This document shows positions 63,368-64,000 of a stretch of DNA of 64,000 bases, one piece after another. Origin of the DNA: Haplodiscus bocki (Eukaryota); contig OZ296653.1 in the NCBI GenBank assembly GCA_965655095.1, positions 25,172,001-25,236,000 of the forward strand, read 5' to 3'. The position numbers and the translations under genes were made by a program. The notes under the pieces were generated by a model. It was not told the origin of the DNA, did not search any database, and saw only the letters and a list, made by a program, of their open reading frames with translations. Position 1 is the stretch's first letter, and each line of letters starts with the position of its first letter.

Positions 63368-63950
63368 TCAAAAACCTGGTTTGATGGCTTTCTCGAGGAG
63401 ACTTTTAAAATTTTTCCCAGCGAAGACCTTTAGATTTTTCAATGGAGTAACGTGGCCTTTAATTTTTATGATTTGATCCAATGAAACCACCAAAACCCTG
63501 CTAATGTCAGTAGTTCGTTGAAAACTAGTTGTATACAGAAAATTAATTACCATCTGTTCATTTTTGGGATCGTTAATCATAAGTCCTCTTTATCTGAGAT
63601 ACCCTTCGGTAGTGTCAGAGCTTTGAATTGGTGCTGTCATCATAATACTCACATCTTGTTTCGTAAATCTCAAGTGAACGCTTCCGAAAGGAGAAAAAAT
63701 ATAAAGGTGAAGGAACACCACCTTGGGCAACGCCATCAGATAGAGTTGAGAGGGATTCCCCGATTAAGAGACCATGATCAATCGAGTCGAAGGATTTGCC
63801 TAGCACTTGAAAATTAGCAAAACATGAGTCTTTTGTTTTAGTTTTCAATTTGGAGTAGACGCTGCAAGGTTCTGTGATATCTACAGCCGACAATTTTTGC
63901 CATCAGTCTTTTTTTCTGATTGTTTATGTGTTCTCAAGAGTTCTTTCTAT
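63368..63950 (-). pseudogene. Degenerate non-LTR (LINE) reverse transcriptase fragment
   Basis: KSFDSIDHGLL, GVAQGGVPSPLYF and YYDDST correspond to KAFDS.DH, GVPQGS.LSP.LF and YADDT. Confidence 0.75.
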
Positions 63951-64000
63951 AAATGGTGTTGTGGGCTAAAAAAAGTCAGCCTATTGTGAACACGTTTATG

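Overview
AT-rich, repeat-laden animal (probably invertebrate) genomic DNA; the species cannot be determined from sequence alone. One host gene spans almost the whole window on the minus strand: a ZNF541/TRERF1-family chromatin regulator (C2H2 fingers + ELM2 + SANT). I could join 11 coding exons (60124 down to 58) with consistent phases, about 1634 codons, and the gene continues off the left edge. The 18.4-kb intron that splits the ELM2 domain holds a full-length but decayed 14,965-bp Polinton/Maverick endogenous virus (3436-18400; AGTAGT termini, ~160-bp TIRs, 6-bp TSD GTTTTG). It encodes pPolB, protease, major and minor capsids, integrase, packaging ATPase and accessory ORFs. Three things about it stand out: (1) the integrase has an N-terminal PHD finger and lacks the usual C-terminal chromodomain; (2) the polymerase gene appears to contain three spliceosomal introns and a spliced acidic tail; (3) 1 kb away, in the next intron, sits a 279-bp non-coding mini-element with the same AGTAGTATAGG termini and its own 6-bp TSD, a candidate Polinton-mobilised MITE. 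The other introns contain non-autonomous Helitrons (one nested inside the Polinton), an internally deleted hAT element, LINE remnants, dispersed repeats, a tRNA-like sequence and many short tandem duplications. All assignments were made by eye from motifs; no searches were run.
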